Of a DNA stretch of 64,000 nucleotides, positions 19,374-31,576 are shown one piece after another. Source of the DNA: Nitrospirota bacterium (GTDB taxonomy: Bacteria; Nitrospirota; UBA9217); contig CAWFSF010000006.1 in the NCBI GenBank assembly GCA_963818475.1, positions 160,001 through 224,000 of the forward strand. Reading direction: 5' to 3'. A model generated the notes under the pieces. That model ran no database searches. It saw nothing but the letters and a program-made list of their open reading frames with translations, and was not told where the DNA came from. The translations under genes and the position numbers were made by a program. Position 1 is the stretch's first letter. Each line of letters begins with the position of its first letter.

Positions 19374-21723
19374 ATGAACGAAGCCGAAACCCGAGCCGAA
19401 CATATTGACCCTGCCCTGAAAGCCGCTGGCTGGGGTGTGGTCGATGGCAGCCGCATTCGGCGGGAGTATCCGATCACGCTCGGTCGCATCGAAGGCCACG
19501 GCAAGCGGGGCAAGGCGCTGACTGCTGACTATGTGCTGGAGTATCGCAATACCAAGCTGGCGGTGGTGGAAGCCAAGGCGTGGGACAGGCCGCTGACCGA
19601 GGGCGTGGGGCAGGCAAAGGATTACGCGGGCAAGCTGGCGATTCGTTTTACCTTTGCCACCAACGGGCAAGGTATTTATCAGGTGGATATGTCGCCTGCG
19701 TCCATTCCTCCAAACCCTGGGAAGGCGGAGATTCCCATGCTACCCAACACCCGATGAACTTCTGGAACCGCACCTTTGCCACTCAGAACGCCTGGCGTGA
19801 CCGCTTCGCCAAAGTACCATTCGAGGATCGGGGCGGCTACTTCCAGGGCCGCTACTATCAGGACATTGCCATCGAACGGGTGCTGGAGGCAATCGCCGAC
19901 AACCAACAGCGCATCCTGCTGACACTGGCAACCGGCACGGGCAAGACCTTTATCGCTTTTCAGATAGCCTGGAAACTGTTTCATAGCCGCTGGAACCTGA
20001 CTGACTGGAAGAAAAAAGGCGAGCCCACGCGGAGACCGCGCATCTTGTTCCTGGCTGACCGTAACATTCTGGCTGACCAGGCATATAACGCTTTTTCAGC
20101 CTTTCCTGAAGATGCGCTGGTGCGAATTGCCCCGATGAGATTCAGGCAGAAAGAGCAAGGTACCCGACCAACGGCAGCATCTTCTTCACCATCTTCCAGA
20201 CCTTCATGAGCGGGCCGAACGAGACGCCCTATTTTGGAGAGTACCCGCCTGACTTCTTTGATTTCATTGTTATCGACGAATGCCACCGGGGCGGCGCAAA
20301 TGACGAGAGCAACTGGCGGGACATTCTTACCTACTTCAAACCTGCTGTGCAGCTCGGCCTGACCGCTACGCCCAAACGCAAAGACAATGTTGACACCTAC
20401 GCCTATTTCGGCGATCCGGTTTATATCTACTCGCTCAAGGACGGAATCAACGACGGGTTTCTGACGCCGTTCCGGGTTAAGCAGATTTCCACGACGCTGG
20501 ATGAGTATGTTTATACATCGGACGATCGCGTCATGGAAGGGGAGATAGAATTCGGCAAACGGTACGAGGAACCCGATTTTAACAAGATCATCGAGATCAA
20601 GGAGCGGGAGAAAAAACGGGTCGAGATCTTCCTGTCGCAGATAGACCAGCAGGAGAAGAGTCTGGTCTTTTGCGCGAATCAGGTTCACGCTTTGGCGGTG
20701 CGTGACCTGATCAACCAGATGAAGAACAGCACCGACCCTAACTACTGCCAGCGGGTGACGGCAAACGACGGTTTACTGGGCGAACAGCATCTGCGCGACT
20801 TCCAGGACAACGAGAAAACTATTCCCACAATCCTGACTACATCACAGAAGCTTTCCACAGGGGTAGATGCCCGCAATATCCGCAATATTATTCTGATGAG
20901 ACCGATCAATAGGATCATCGAGTTCAAGCAGATCATCGGACGCGGTACCCGGCTGTACGACGGCAAGGATTACTTCACCATCTACGACTTTGTGAAGGCG
21001 TATCACCATTTCAGCGATCCCGAATGGGATGGCGAACCGATCGAACAAATAAAGCCTATGAAACCCATGGACCCCATGAGTCGCATAGCTCCCATAACGG
21101 CCGAAGAAACAGGGCCTGACTACACTCCAAAGGTGAAAGCGAAGGTGAAACTTGCCGACGGCAAGGAACGCACCATTCAATACATGGTGGCAACAAGCTT
21201 CTGGCATCCTGACGGGACGCCTATGTCGGCGCAGCAGTTCATGGAGGCGCTCTTTGGCAAACTTCCGGAGTTTTTTAAGGACGAAGAAGAGCTGCGCAGG
21301 ATCTGGAGCGTTCCTGATACGCGCAAGGCCTTCCTGGCGAGATTAGCGGAGTCAGGTTTTGGCAAAGAGCAGATGACTGAAATGCAGAAGATCATTGATG
21401 CGGAAAAGAGCGACTTGTTTGACGTGCTTGCCTATGTCGCTTTTGCCTTGCAGCCGGTTACGCGGGAAGAGCGGGCTACCAGGGCTAAGGGAAAGATACT
21501 TACCTCCTTTACGGACAAGCAGCGGGCCTTCCTCGATTTCGTGTTGTCGCAGTATGTGAAGGAGGGCGTGGATGAGCTTGACCAGGAGAAACTGTCGCCG
21601 CTGCTGAAGCTGAGATACCACACTCTTCCGGATGCGACGAAGGTCCTGGGTACGACCGAGCAGATCAGGGGAGTGTTTGTGGGCTTCCAACGGTATTTGT
21701 ATGAGCAGAGCCGCACAGCCTGA
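19374..21723 (+). CDS. hsdR: Type I R-M restriction subunit, EcoAI/EcoEI-like (two frameshifts)
   Basis: MNEAETR, ADYVL..VEAK, ATGTGKT, DECH, GLTATP, QIIGRGTR. Confidence 0.92.
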
Positions 21724-21993
21724 TACGAAATGATTTCGAAGCCGTACCCTCCTTGGTGGGCAGCGGCTGACAAGGCCGGTACTTGATGCTTTAGCCCATT
21801 TTCTGGCTCAAGCGAGGTCGAGCCTAGAGAATCTATAGGGTCACCCATTTAAAGGGCACTGTCTTCTTGAATTTATTAAATTATGGAGTGTACTTGCACG
21901 AAGAAGACTTGACCCGGACTGTCCATTCTCCAAAAGTACCTGCCGGGGATAACGGCGACAAATTAAAACAGCAATCATAAAGGGGGTAATGCA

Positions 21994-22512
21994 ATGTTGA
22001 AAAGTTTAAGGATTCTTCTCTTGCTCGGGGTATCGTCAATAATTTTCGTAGCCTGCTGGCCGGTCCCGAAAAGCGGACCGACGTCACAGGGCAAGCCGAT
22101 CCCGATCTTCGTGCTGGTCGACCCCGGTATCGAAAAATCGTTCACCGACTACCAGGTGAAGAACCGCAAACAGACCTCGGCATGGATGGAAAAGGACATA
22201 GAAAAAATGCTGAAGAAAGCCGGTTATGCCGGATATGTCATCAACAAGCGGTCCGAATATAAAGCCGCACCGGGCACCTACCTGCTTACCATAAAAATTA
22301 CCGATTACAACCCCGGCGCCAAAGTAGCGCGGATGTACGTAGGGTATGGTGTTGGGGCTGCCTCTATGAAGGTTCATTATGAACTCCATAAAGGTCAGAA
22401 GCAAATCCTGGCTGATGACACGGGAGCCGGCACCGGCGGGGAATGGCAGAAGGCGATCAGAAAAATCGAAGTAACGGCGATCGATGCTGTTTCTGCAAAA
22501 TTAGGCGAATAG
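21994..22512 (+). CDS. Putative lipoprotein (DUF4410-like)
   Basis: Lipobox-like FVAC; ITDYNPG..ARMYVGYGVG. Confidence 0.6.
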   Translation: MLKSLRILLLLGVSSIIFVACWPVPKSGPTSQGKPIPIFVLVDPGIEKSFTDYQVKNRKQTSAWMEKDIEKMLKKAGYAGYVINKRSEYKAAPGTYLLTIKITDYNPGAKVARMYVGYGVGAASMKVHYELHKGQKQILADDTGAGTGGEWQKAIRKIEVTAIDAVSAKLGE

Positions 22513-22574
22513 CTTTTTCGCGCCCGGTCTCTCATTGCTGTCTCATTCCGCCGTACATCAGGGAGGGAACTGAA

Positions 22575-23297
22575 ATGCCAGAACCATCCGCTCAGCCAAC
22601 AGTAGGATCACTGTTCGTTGCCGACCATATCCTTGCGCTCGAAACGGTCGGCGCAGTCATCGCCGTTGTCATTCTCGGCTTGAATGCCGGCCAATGGGGC
22701 GAGTTTCCCGTCCGCTACGCCGTGACGGGATCGTTGGGAGGCCTGATGCTGCTCCTTGCCGTCGGCCGCTACCGCCGCTATCGCCGGCTCTATGCACAGG
22801 GCGAGGAAGTGCGGGCGACGGTCGTCGGGATCGCCCGGAGGGTCACCCAGACTTCCACAGACGTCGGTCAGGCGTACGAGCCGACGGTCGAGAACGAACT
22901 GACCTATACGTACGCATACCGGGGGCAGGCGCTCCAGGGGACGCTGGATGTTTGGGGGATCGCCGGCAGCGTCATGGACAGCAGCCTGCTGAAGGAGGGG
23001 GACGAGATCATCCTGCTCGTTGACCCTGACCGGCCGGAGCAGCATATCGTCCGGAACCGGTATCTGCCAAGCGTGAAGAGCCTGCTCGCGTCGTCTCAGC
23101 CCGAAGCCGTGCGGGATGCCACGCGGGCGGAGGAGGCCCGGAACGCGGATGCCGCAGCGGTCCAGGCCTTTGAAAAGAAACAGGCCGAATCCAACATGCT
23201 CTGGTACCACTGGGTGGCGGTGGCCGCGGTCATTGTCCTGCTCATCTGGTACGCCATTGACGATATCATGGTACGTATCATGTCCGCCGGCAAGTAG
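22575..23297 (+). CDS. Membrane protein (DUF3592-like)
   Basis: Two N-terminal TM segments, G...RATVV, Y.Y...G, GDEI.LLVDP..P, C-terminal TM. Confidence 0.6.
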   Translation: MPEPSAQPTVGSLFVADHILALETVGAVIAVVILGLNAGQWGEFPVRYAVTGSLGGLMLLLAVGRYRRYRRLYAQGEEVRATVVGIARRVTQTSTDVGQAYEPTVENELTYTYAYRGQALQGTLDVWGIAGSVMDSSLLKEGDEIILLVDPDRPEQHIVRNRYLPSVKSLLASSQPEAVRDATRAEEARNADAAAVQAFEKKQAESNMLWYHWVAVAAVIVLLIWYAIDDIMVRIMSAGK

Positions 23298-23517
23298 CCG
23301 CGCAGGAAACCTCATAGGGTCCCATTTAAAAGGACACCGTCAAGCAAAAAAGCTATCTTGTGGCGAGAAACAGAAGTTTCTAGTCGAGCTTTTCGTTATC
23401 TTCATCCGTACCATTGCAGCAGTTTCATTCGCCGTGTCCAAATGTTTATACAAGTCTTATGGTTGTTAATCCCGCCAAGGCAGGACTCACGGCGGCTTCT
23501 ATGAAGTCAGGAACCAT

Positions 23518-24252
23518 ATGGAACTAGGCTATCGAATCATACGACCTCAAGACGTTGGCCTGCAGCCCCTTGCATTCGCGCAGATTTCGCTGTGGCGCAC
23601 TGCTGCCTGGGACATTGTAGTTGGTGAGCGGGCGGTAACGGAGGCGATCGAGATCGCTGCTGTGTGCAAAACGCTTGGCATCAGGACCGTGTTCCATCCG
23701 CTCGAATACCCGCTGACGACTATACAGGCTTCTCAAACCATGAATGTTATGCGTCGGCTGGCGGCGGCAAGCGACCTTGGTATTATCGTCCACGACGAGG
23801 GTGGCGCGAGCGGGGAGAGGATCTCGGCTGCTGAAGAAGCGATGTTTAAAAGGAATCTCGCCGAGATAAGCGGCTTGTGTCATGTTTCGATAGAGAACTC
23901 TTTCAACTCCGGCGATATAATCCGGTTCTGGGAACGGTTCGTGGTCCCGGCCCGTGAGAGCGTTTCAATCACTATCGACATCGGTCATCTTGAGTCCGCT
24001 GCTATTGACTCCATTTCGTTCATCCGCACACTGCCTGATCGGCTCATTTCGCGCGTCCACTTCGCGCACGTGCATCACAAGGCAGAGGATCGGTCCGGCA
24101 TCAAGGACCACTTGCCGCTCGTGCCGGGGTGTAGAGAGATCGAGGCGTTGAAAGAACTGATCAGGAGAAGGCCCGATGTCCGGGTGGTCCTCGAACTGGA
24201 CGCAGGAAAGGAAGGGATGGGACAGAGTATTGAGCTGTTGAAGGGTTTTTAG
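23518..24252 (+). CDS. Sugar-phosphate isomerase/epimerase (AP endonuclease 2) TIM-barrel protein
   Basis: SIENS, TIDIGH, HVHH, DHLP, VVLE metal-ligand pattern. Confidence 0.7.
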   Translation: MELGYRIIRPQDVGLQPLAFAQISLWRTAAWDIVVGERAVTEAIEIAAVCKTLGIRTVFHPLEYPLTTIQASQTMNVMRRLAAASDLGIIVHDEGGASGERISAAEEAMFKRNLAEISGLCHVSIENSFNSGDIIRFWERFVVPARESVSITIDIGHLESAAIDSISFIRTLPDRLISRVHFAHVHHKAEDRSGIKDHLPLVPGCREIEALKELIRRRPDVRVVLELDAGKEGMGQSIELLKGF

Positions 24253-24696
24253 TAACAGGGAAACATTCGGGACGTGAAGGCCGTAAACCTGAGAGAAATC
24301 CAGCAGCGGGTCAGTCATGAGTTGTTAATAACAAGGCGGCAGCGGCATCCGTAAGCTTCGACGATCGTTTCCAGATTCACCATGACGCCGGCAAGGCGTA
24401 TATGGCGAGAGCGACGGACGGGCGTAAAAATCCCGCCATGAAGCCGGTCGCAGTCTATCATGATGCAGAGCGCAGGAAAGACTCCTGGTACTTTGTGGGG
24501 TGCCTAACGGCCGCGCCTCGTCCAATAGAATCCACCACCGCCGAAGATCAAAATCAAAACAATAATTATAAGTATGGTCTCAGTCGACATGGCTTTTCTC
24601 CTTTCTCTTTAGAATGTTTATCAACGCAATCGTATCTACTTTAATTATGGCTCGATTACTTTGAGATTGTGGAACGCACCAGACCTATCGTGTCAG

Positions 24697-24765
24697 GTCT
24701 CTTTTGTTGCATTCATCCCGATTGGCTGCAATACTCGGTTCATGTCCCGTCCGCTTCGCATCGAA
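24697..24765 (+). repeat. 69-bp direct repeat copy 1 (5' end of a RAYT/Y1 transposase gene)
   Basis: 66/69 identical to 25768-25836; encodes MSRPLRIE. Confidence 0.85.
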
Positions 24766-25063
24766 ACTGTTAGACTCCTAATGAAATTCGAGCGCGAAGA
24801 ACTGGTGAAACGGAAAAAGAGCGGGGACGAACTGGACCGGGAACCAAAGATCACGGTAATCAATGATTATTTTAAAGAACGGATCACGTTCTTTGAAGAA
24901 CAGGTAAAGAGCTTCGGCCCGATCAATTGCGCCCGATACCGGCAAGTTCGATCTCTTATTCCGGGAAACGCTGCGAGAATCCTGGTAATGCAAAAAGCAG
25001 TTGACGGACTGCGGTAAAATATGTAAAATATGATTATCATATTATGCAGCATGGAGGGGATCT

Positions 25064-25345
25064 ATGACAAAAACGATAACCGCCACAGAGGCTGTTCGGA
25101 AGTTTTCCGAGATACTGAATTCCATAAAATATACGGGAAATGACTACACGATCATGCGGGGAGGCAAGCCGGTTGCGACGATCCGTTCGGCGGAAACCCA
25201 CGCGAAGGCATTGACCCTTGGCGACCTGGCGGGACTAGTGAAGTCGCTTCCCACACTCGGCGACGAAGCGGAACGATTCAAAAAGGACCTTAAGGAAGCC
25301 CGCAAGCATCAGCCCCTTATGCCGGAGAAAGACAAATGGGCATAA
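25064..25345 (+). CDS. Phd/YefM-family antitoxin
   Basis: ITATEAVRKFSEIL...I.RGGKPVA; overlaps the toxin start. Confidence 0.9.
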   Translation: MTKTITATEAVRKFSEILNSIKYTGNDYTIMRGGKPVATIRSAETHAKALTLGDLAGLVKSLPTLGDEAERFKKDLKEARKHQPLMPEKDKWA

Positions 25346-25740
25346 TATTCGACAGCAGCGTTCTCATTGCCCTTGAGCGCGGTGCTCACGGACTGGAGAA
25401 ACTTGCCGCAGGCAGGGAAAGCGAGCCCTTCGGCATCAGCGTTGTCACTGTTTCCGAGCTTTTGCATGGTGTTCACCGTGCGGATTCTGAAAAAAGGCGT
25501 CTCGCACGGGGGGCGTTCGTCGAAAAGATCATCCAGACCTTTCCGCTCTATCCGTTTGACTTGAGCGCTGCGAGAATATATGCGAAGCTCTGGGCCAATC
25601 TTGCAAAAAAGGGAGTGACTATCGGCGCTCACGACCTAATGATCGCTTCAACGGCTATCGCCCTTGGGTTCTCCGTGGTCACGGCTGACGGTGATTACAG
25701 CAAGATAAAGGAAGTATCCGTCGAAAAGTTCGTCGTGTGA
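25336..25740 (+). CDS. vapC: VapC (PIN domain) toxin
   Basis: IFDSSVLI, TVSELLHG, GAHDLMIASTA, VVTADGD. Confidence 0.92.
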   Translation: MGIIFDSSVLIALERGAHGLEKLAAGRESEPFGISVVTVSELLHGVHRADSEKRRLARGAFVEKIIQTFPLYPFDLSAARIYAKLWANLAKKGVTIGAHDLMIASTAIALGFSVVTADGDYSKIKEVSVEKFVV

Positions 25741-25812
25741 TCGGAAAATAGGGAGCGAAGAACCTATGTCTCTTTTGTTGCATTCAGCCCGATTCGCTGC
25801 AATACTCGGTTC

Positions 25813-25920
25813 ATGTCCCGTCCGCTTCGTATCGAATACGCCGGTGCTGTCTACCACATCACTTCCCGCGGGAACAAAAAGAAGCCCTTTTTAAAGATGA
25901 CCGGGGAATCGACTCGTTGA
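25813..25920 (+). pseudogene. N-terminal remnant of a REP-associated / Y1 tyrosine transposase
   Basis: MSRPLRIEYAGAVYHITSRGN, then degenerates. Confidence 0.75.
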
Positions 25921-26102
25921 TGCGTTTGATGCTTTTTAGCAGTGATTTCGTTGCTGGTTCAGACACGCGGTAAGTTTATTCTTTTGGCTGGCATTTATCA
26001 ACATATTAGGGCCAGGTTTCTATTGTTGGATCGTCTGGCTTTCATGTGGATAGAATAAGCGCCTGTATGATTTATTAAGCAGTATTTGCCCCATTTTTCG
26101 CG

Positions 26103-26280
26103 TTTTTTGTCACCTTTCTTGCATGCCCAAGAAAGGTGACCGAAAGAAGGGCACCCGGCGAAAATCCTTTACGGCATGCTCGGTCGTCCTCGGTACATTT
26201 CGGAAACTCGCCCTTCGGGCTCAGACAGTCCGAAATGTTTAACCCTCGGACTCGGTCGCATGCCTAGATTTTCGCATGGG
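26103..26280. repeat. REP-like multi-hairpin intergenic element
   Basis: GTCACCTTTCTTG..CAAGAAAGGTGAC hairpin and a nested ACATTTCGGA..GCCCTTCGGGC..TCCGAAATGT hairpin. Confidence 0.6.
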
Positions 26281-26375
26281 AAGCTTCTAGTGCAGCGTAT
26301 TTAAACCAACCCCGCATGTCCACGCGGCCCTACACTCGCGGAGTGCAGGTGAGTGAATGCCAATGTTATTTGCGA

Positions 26376-26419
26376 CCATCAAGCATCCGTTGCCCTGAGC
26401 CACAGGGCGCGCCAGTTCT
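26376..26419 (+). repeat. Right copy of 44-bp direct repeat (3' end of comEC)
   Basis: See 15718-15761. Confidence 0.9.
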
Positions 26420-28924
26420 GCTCCTCCTGACGCCTCCATGAGGCACGATCCTCCAGTTCGATCCGCTGCACCATCCTGGTCCTCCACGATTTTACGATCA
26501 AGCCTCCTTTATCCACGGTCACGGTGAGTGCTCCGTCCGAGTCCGTCCGGAAGAGCCGTGTTCCCGCAGCATCGTAGCGTTCCACGACCTCAGGCGAGGG
26601 GTGGCGGTAGCGGTTCCTGCTGCCGACGGTCACGATGCCGATCGCGGGCCGCGTCCGGGACAGGAAGGGTGCCGAACTCGAACTCTTGCTCCCGTGGTGC
26701 GGGACCTTGATCAGGTCGCACCGGAGGTCCCTGCCGCCCTGCAGCATTTCTTTTTCCGCATCCTCGCCGATATCTCCCGGAAACAAAAAAACCTTCCCCT
26801 CGAGCGCTATCCGTACCACCAGTGACCGGCTGTTCTCGGCTGCATAGGCCTTGCGCTCGCGGGAACGAAAGCCCGGCGCGGGGTGGAGCAGCTGCAGCTC
26901 GATATCGCTGATCGCCACAGGCGGGTCCGCTGCGGATACGGCGCGGCAAGGTATCCCTTTGTCGGATATCAGGCGTTCCAATTCAGCATATCCCGGCAGG
27001 TCCTTGTCCAGACCGGATGTCCAGACCTCGCCCACGTCAAAAGAGCTGACAAGGTATTTAAGGCCGTTCATGTGGTCCGGATGCGGGTGGGACAGGATCA
27101 TGAGATCGATCCTGTGAATGCCCTGGTTCCAGAGATAGGGGGCGACGATGCGCCTGCCGACATCAAAACGGTCGTCATAAGAGCCGCCGCCGTCTATGAG
27201 CATATTTTTCCCGGTAGCAAGCGTGATGAGCGCGCAGTCACCTTGCCCCACATCGGGAAACTGTATTGTTCCGGTCCGGCGCGGCAGGAAAAAAAACGTC
27301 ATAGAAAGGATAAGCAGCAGCCCCGAGACCGCTGCAATCGCTCTGTGGCTTCGCGGCACGCGGGAGGAGCTTGCGAGAGGCTGATACCGATAGCGCAGGA
27401 ACGATCTGACGATCACATATCCGGATCCAAGGAACAGGGCAAAGGCCAGGAGCCTGAACAGGCCCGGCGCAGGGGGATGGAACTGTGCCAGGGGCAGGCG
27501 TGAAAAGAACGTGACCGTGTCGCAAAACCGATCTGCAACGAGCTGGTTCAGCGCCGGCAGGGGCAGCGCATTGGTCAGGAGCGACACGATCCCCGAGAAC
27601 AGGCCGAGCGGCACGATAATAAAGCCCGCCAACGGAACGACGACCATGTTCGATATCACGCCGACGAGCGATACCTGATTGAAGTAGTGCGCAACCAGGG
27701 GGGCCGTTGCAAGGGTGGCGCTGAGTGAGACGAGGACGAGCAGCAGTGCGCTGTTCCGGAACCGGGCGAAGCGGCTCCCGGCAGGCGGCCGCAGTTCGTT
27801 CCAGAGCATCACCACGGAACCGATGGCCAGAACGGAGATGAACGACAGCTGGAACGATATGTCGAAAACGGCCTGTGGGCTTGCGACGAGAATGAACAGG
27901 GCTGCGAGGGCAAGGGAATGGATGAGCGCCTTATCGCGGTCGAGAACGATGGCCGCAAGCGCGGCGGAGAGCATGATGAGCGAACGGATCGTTGCGACCT
28001 GCCCCCCGGCAAGGAGCGTATAAAAGATCAGGAACGGAAGGGTGAGCCAGGCCGCTATCTTTTTCGGGTCTGCCCTGAGGGTCAGGCGGTGATAGTGCCG
28101 CTCCGGCAGAAGCCGCAGCATGATCCGCATCAGTCCGAAACAGAAAATGGCGACCATGCCGAGGTGGGAGCCGGATATGGAAATGATATGGGTGACGCCG
28201 GCGGCCATAAAGCTCTCGCGCATGTCGTCCGTAAGCCCGCCCTCTTCTCCGAGCGTCATGGCCTGCAGGATCGCCGATCCCGGGCCTGTTGTTGAAGCAA
28301 GGAAGGCCAGACGGATGCGCTCCCGCCAATTCTGTATCTGTCTGAACAGCCCTGTTCCGCGCTGCAGGATATCGATATCGCGTTCCTGTTTCAGGCTCAC
28401 GGTGCGCCGGATTCCCTGCGCCTGAAGGTATGCCGCATAATCGAAGCCCGCAGGATTGCCGGATCCTCCGGTTCGAAAAAACGGCCTGAGAATCGAATGA
28501 CATCGCCATAGCCGATGCCGGTCACTGCTGAGCGAACGCTCATCCGTATCGCACCGGACACCGGCGTGCTGTCGATCCGGTGCAGTTCCACGACAAAGCC
28601 GGTCCTGTCCGGGTCGCGCTCCAGTGCGGACGCGATCGTTCCGGTCATCTCATGCTTAACCGTGGTGTCCGGGAATTCCCGCATATAGTGGTCCGGCGGT
28701 ATCCATGCTGCAGAGTAAAGATAGGCGGCCATACCCAGAGTGCAGGGGACGGCAAGGAGCAGGAAGCGGCGGAGGGACAGCAGGCCGGAGCGTAGGCAGA
28801 ATCCCGCCGTCAACAAGGACAGCACGATGAGCGCGCTTACGACAGCGGGAGCATACAGGAAAAAGTTTCCGGACAGAAGGCCGGCGACATAGGCAAGGGT
28901 GAGCGTAATGAGGGGCTTTTGCAT
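26379..28924 (-). CDS. comEC: DNA internalization competence protein ComEC/Rec2 (frameshift near 28400-28470)
   Basis: HIISISGSH, SFQLSF, DVGQGD, SHPHPDH, KVPHHGS; N-terminal part lies in ORF 28397-28924. Confidence 0.93.
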
Positions 28925-29005
28925 GGACGGCCGCTCCGTTCGTCACGGCAAAGCACGATTGGATCAGATGGCGCCTGTTCCTGCGCGATAAACTGAAAAG
29001 AGTAT

Positions 29006-29378
29006 TTGGACGCAGATACAAGAAGTAGGCGCTTCTAAGCGAAATCTGATGAACGCGAATAACGACAGACAAAAAAAGATTAAAAACTTTTCTGATAATA
29101 AAAAGGCTCACCCTTGAGGTGAAGGTTCTTTCCAGCTGAATGCGAGGTTTTATCTACGAAAATCGGTATCGCTTAGAAGCGCCTACTTTTGACGGTCTCG
29201 TAAGAAGTCTCCTCTGCCGTCATTGCGAGGAGCGCCTTTAGCCCCGGGCATGATCCGGGGGACGCGGCAATCTCGTTTTTTCAGGCGGTTACAAACTGCG
29301 AGATTGCTTCGCTTTGCTCGCAAAGACGGCTTAAAGGACTTTTTACGAACACATCACTTTTGGTCATCTGCGTCCAAC
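29006..29378. repeat. CGCAGAT-type inverted-repeat element carrying AAGTAGGCGCTTCTAAGCGA modules
   Basis: TTGGACGCAGAT / ATCTGCGTCCAA ends; 20-bp module inverted at 29023 and 29169 and present again at 49701. Confidence 0.7.
29191..29355. mobile_element. MITE sharing terminal repeats with the IS1182-like element at 55839
   Basis: Left end GACGGTCTCGTAAGAAGTC matches 18/19 the reverse complement of the IS right end; flanked by an ACTTTT duplication. Confidence 0.8.
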
Positions 29379-29422
29379 TGTTGTTTTTAGGATGACTATC
29401 GTCACCTGGTGGGTATGCGCGG

Positions 29423-30769
<1,347 letters not shown>

Positions 30770-30773
<4 letters not shown>

Positions 30774-31426
30774 GGTCGCACCCTTTCTATGACTATGCGA
30801 ACGCTGACATCCTTATCAAGCAGCTTGACCGGTTTGCCTGCATAGTCGAGCTTTGGCTCTACGGTGACGGTGCCGGTAGCGCCTTCGATATCGATCGGCA
30901 TGGTCTGAAGCGCGGTCAGCGGTTTTACGACACCTGCCGGCCCCTCGATAACGATCCTCGCGGGCACCGCCACGGTGCTTGCAACGCGGTAGCCCGGGGC
31001 GGGAATGCCGTGGAGCGCCGGGGTGAGCCTGACCGTCTTGCGGAGGATGGGCTCGAGCCTGACCTTGATCTCATAGGGAGACAGGTGGGTCACGGCAATG
31101 CCTGAAGGCCGCGTGATGTCGTCCGGCGAGATGCGGACACTATTTTCGCCGCCCCTGGCCAGTGAGAGGTCAAGTGCCCCGGATACCTCTTTGTCCGTCG
31201 AGATATCCCGGAGCAGGCGTTCCTGGCCCTCCAGGCGCACATCGATATAGCCGGGAACGTCGCCGACAACGGCCATGCCCGCGGGGATGTTCTTTAATTC
31301 CAGCGGGACCGTAAGGGCGATCTCCATCTTCCCTTTGGACGTTATGCTGAACCAGAGGATGAGCGCCAGTCCGAGGGAGGTGAGCTTGATGCCCCAGTTT
31401 TCAAAAAGGATCTTCCGGTAGTCCAT
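30770..31426 (-). CDS. cdaR: YbbR/CdaR-like regulator
   Basis: N-terminal TM ([12 protein letters not shown]) and YbbR-like repeats; between cdaA and glmM. Confidence 0.85.
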
Positions 31427-31576
31427 GGTAGGTATTGCTCCGTGATATCGAAAATCGTACTGCAAAGTGCAAAGTGCAAATTTCAAAGTGCAAAGTGGGC
31501 ACAGGCTAAGACCTCATGGTTTCATCAATTTGCACTTTGCATTTTACCCTTTGCAGTTTGCCTTGCTTTCAGGCAG

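Larger units (their letters stand above)
15762..26375. mobile_element. Genomic/defence island between lysR and comEC
   Basis: Bounded by the 44-bp direct repeat; carries type I R-M, a TA pair and gene fragments; no integrase seen. Confidence 0.75.

Noticed and set aside
18143-20210. hsdS/hsdR as an inactivated or phase-variable R-M system
   Set aside because: Indel density is high but cannot be separated from sequencing error; no duplicate hsdS or invertase is present.
21724-26375. attC sites or prophage genes within the island
   Set aside because: No convincing AAC...GTT hairpins and no phage structural or integrase genes were found.
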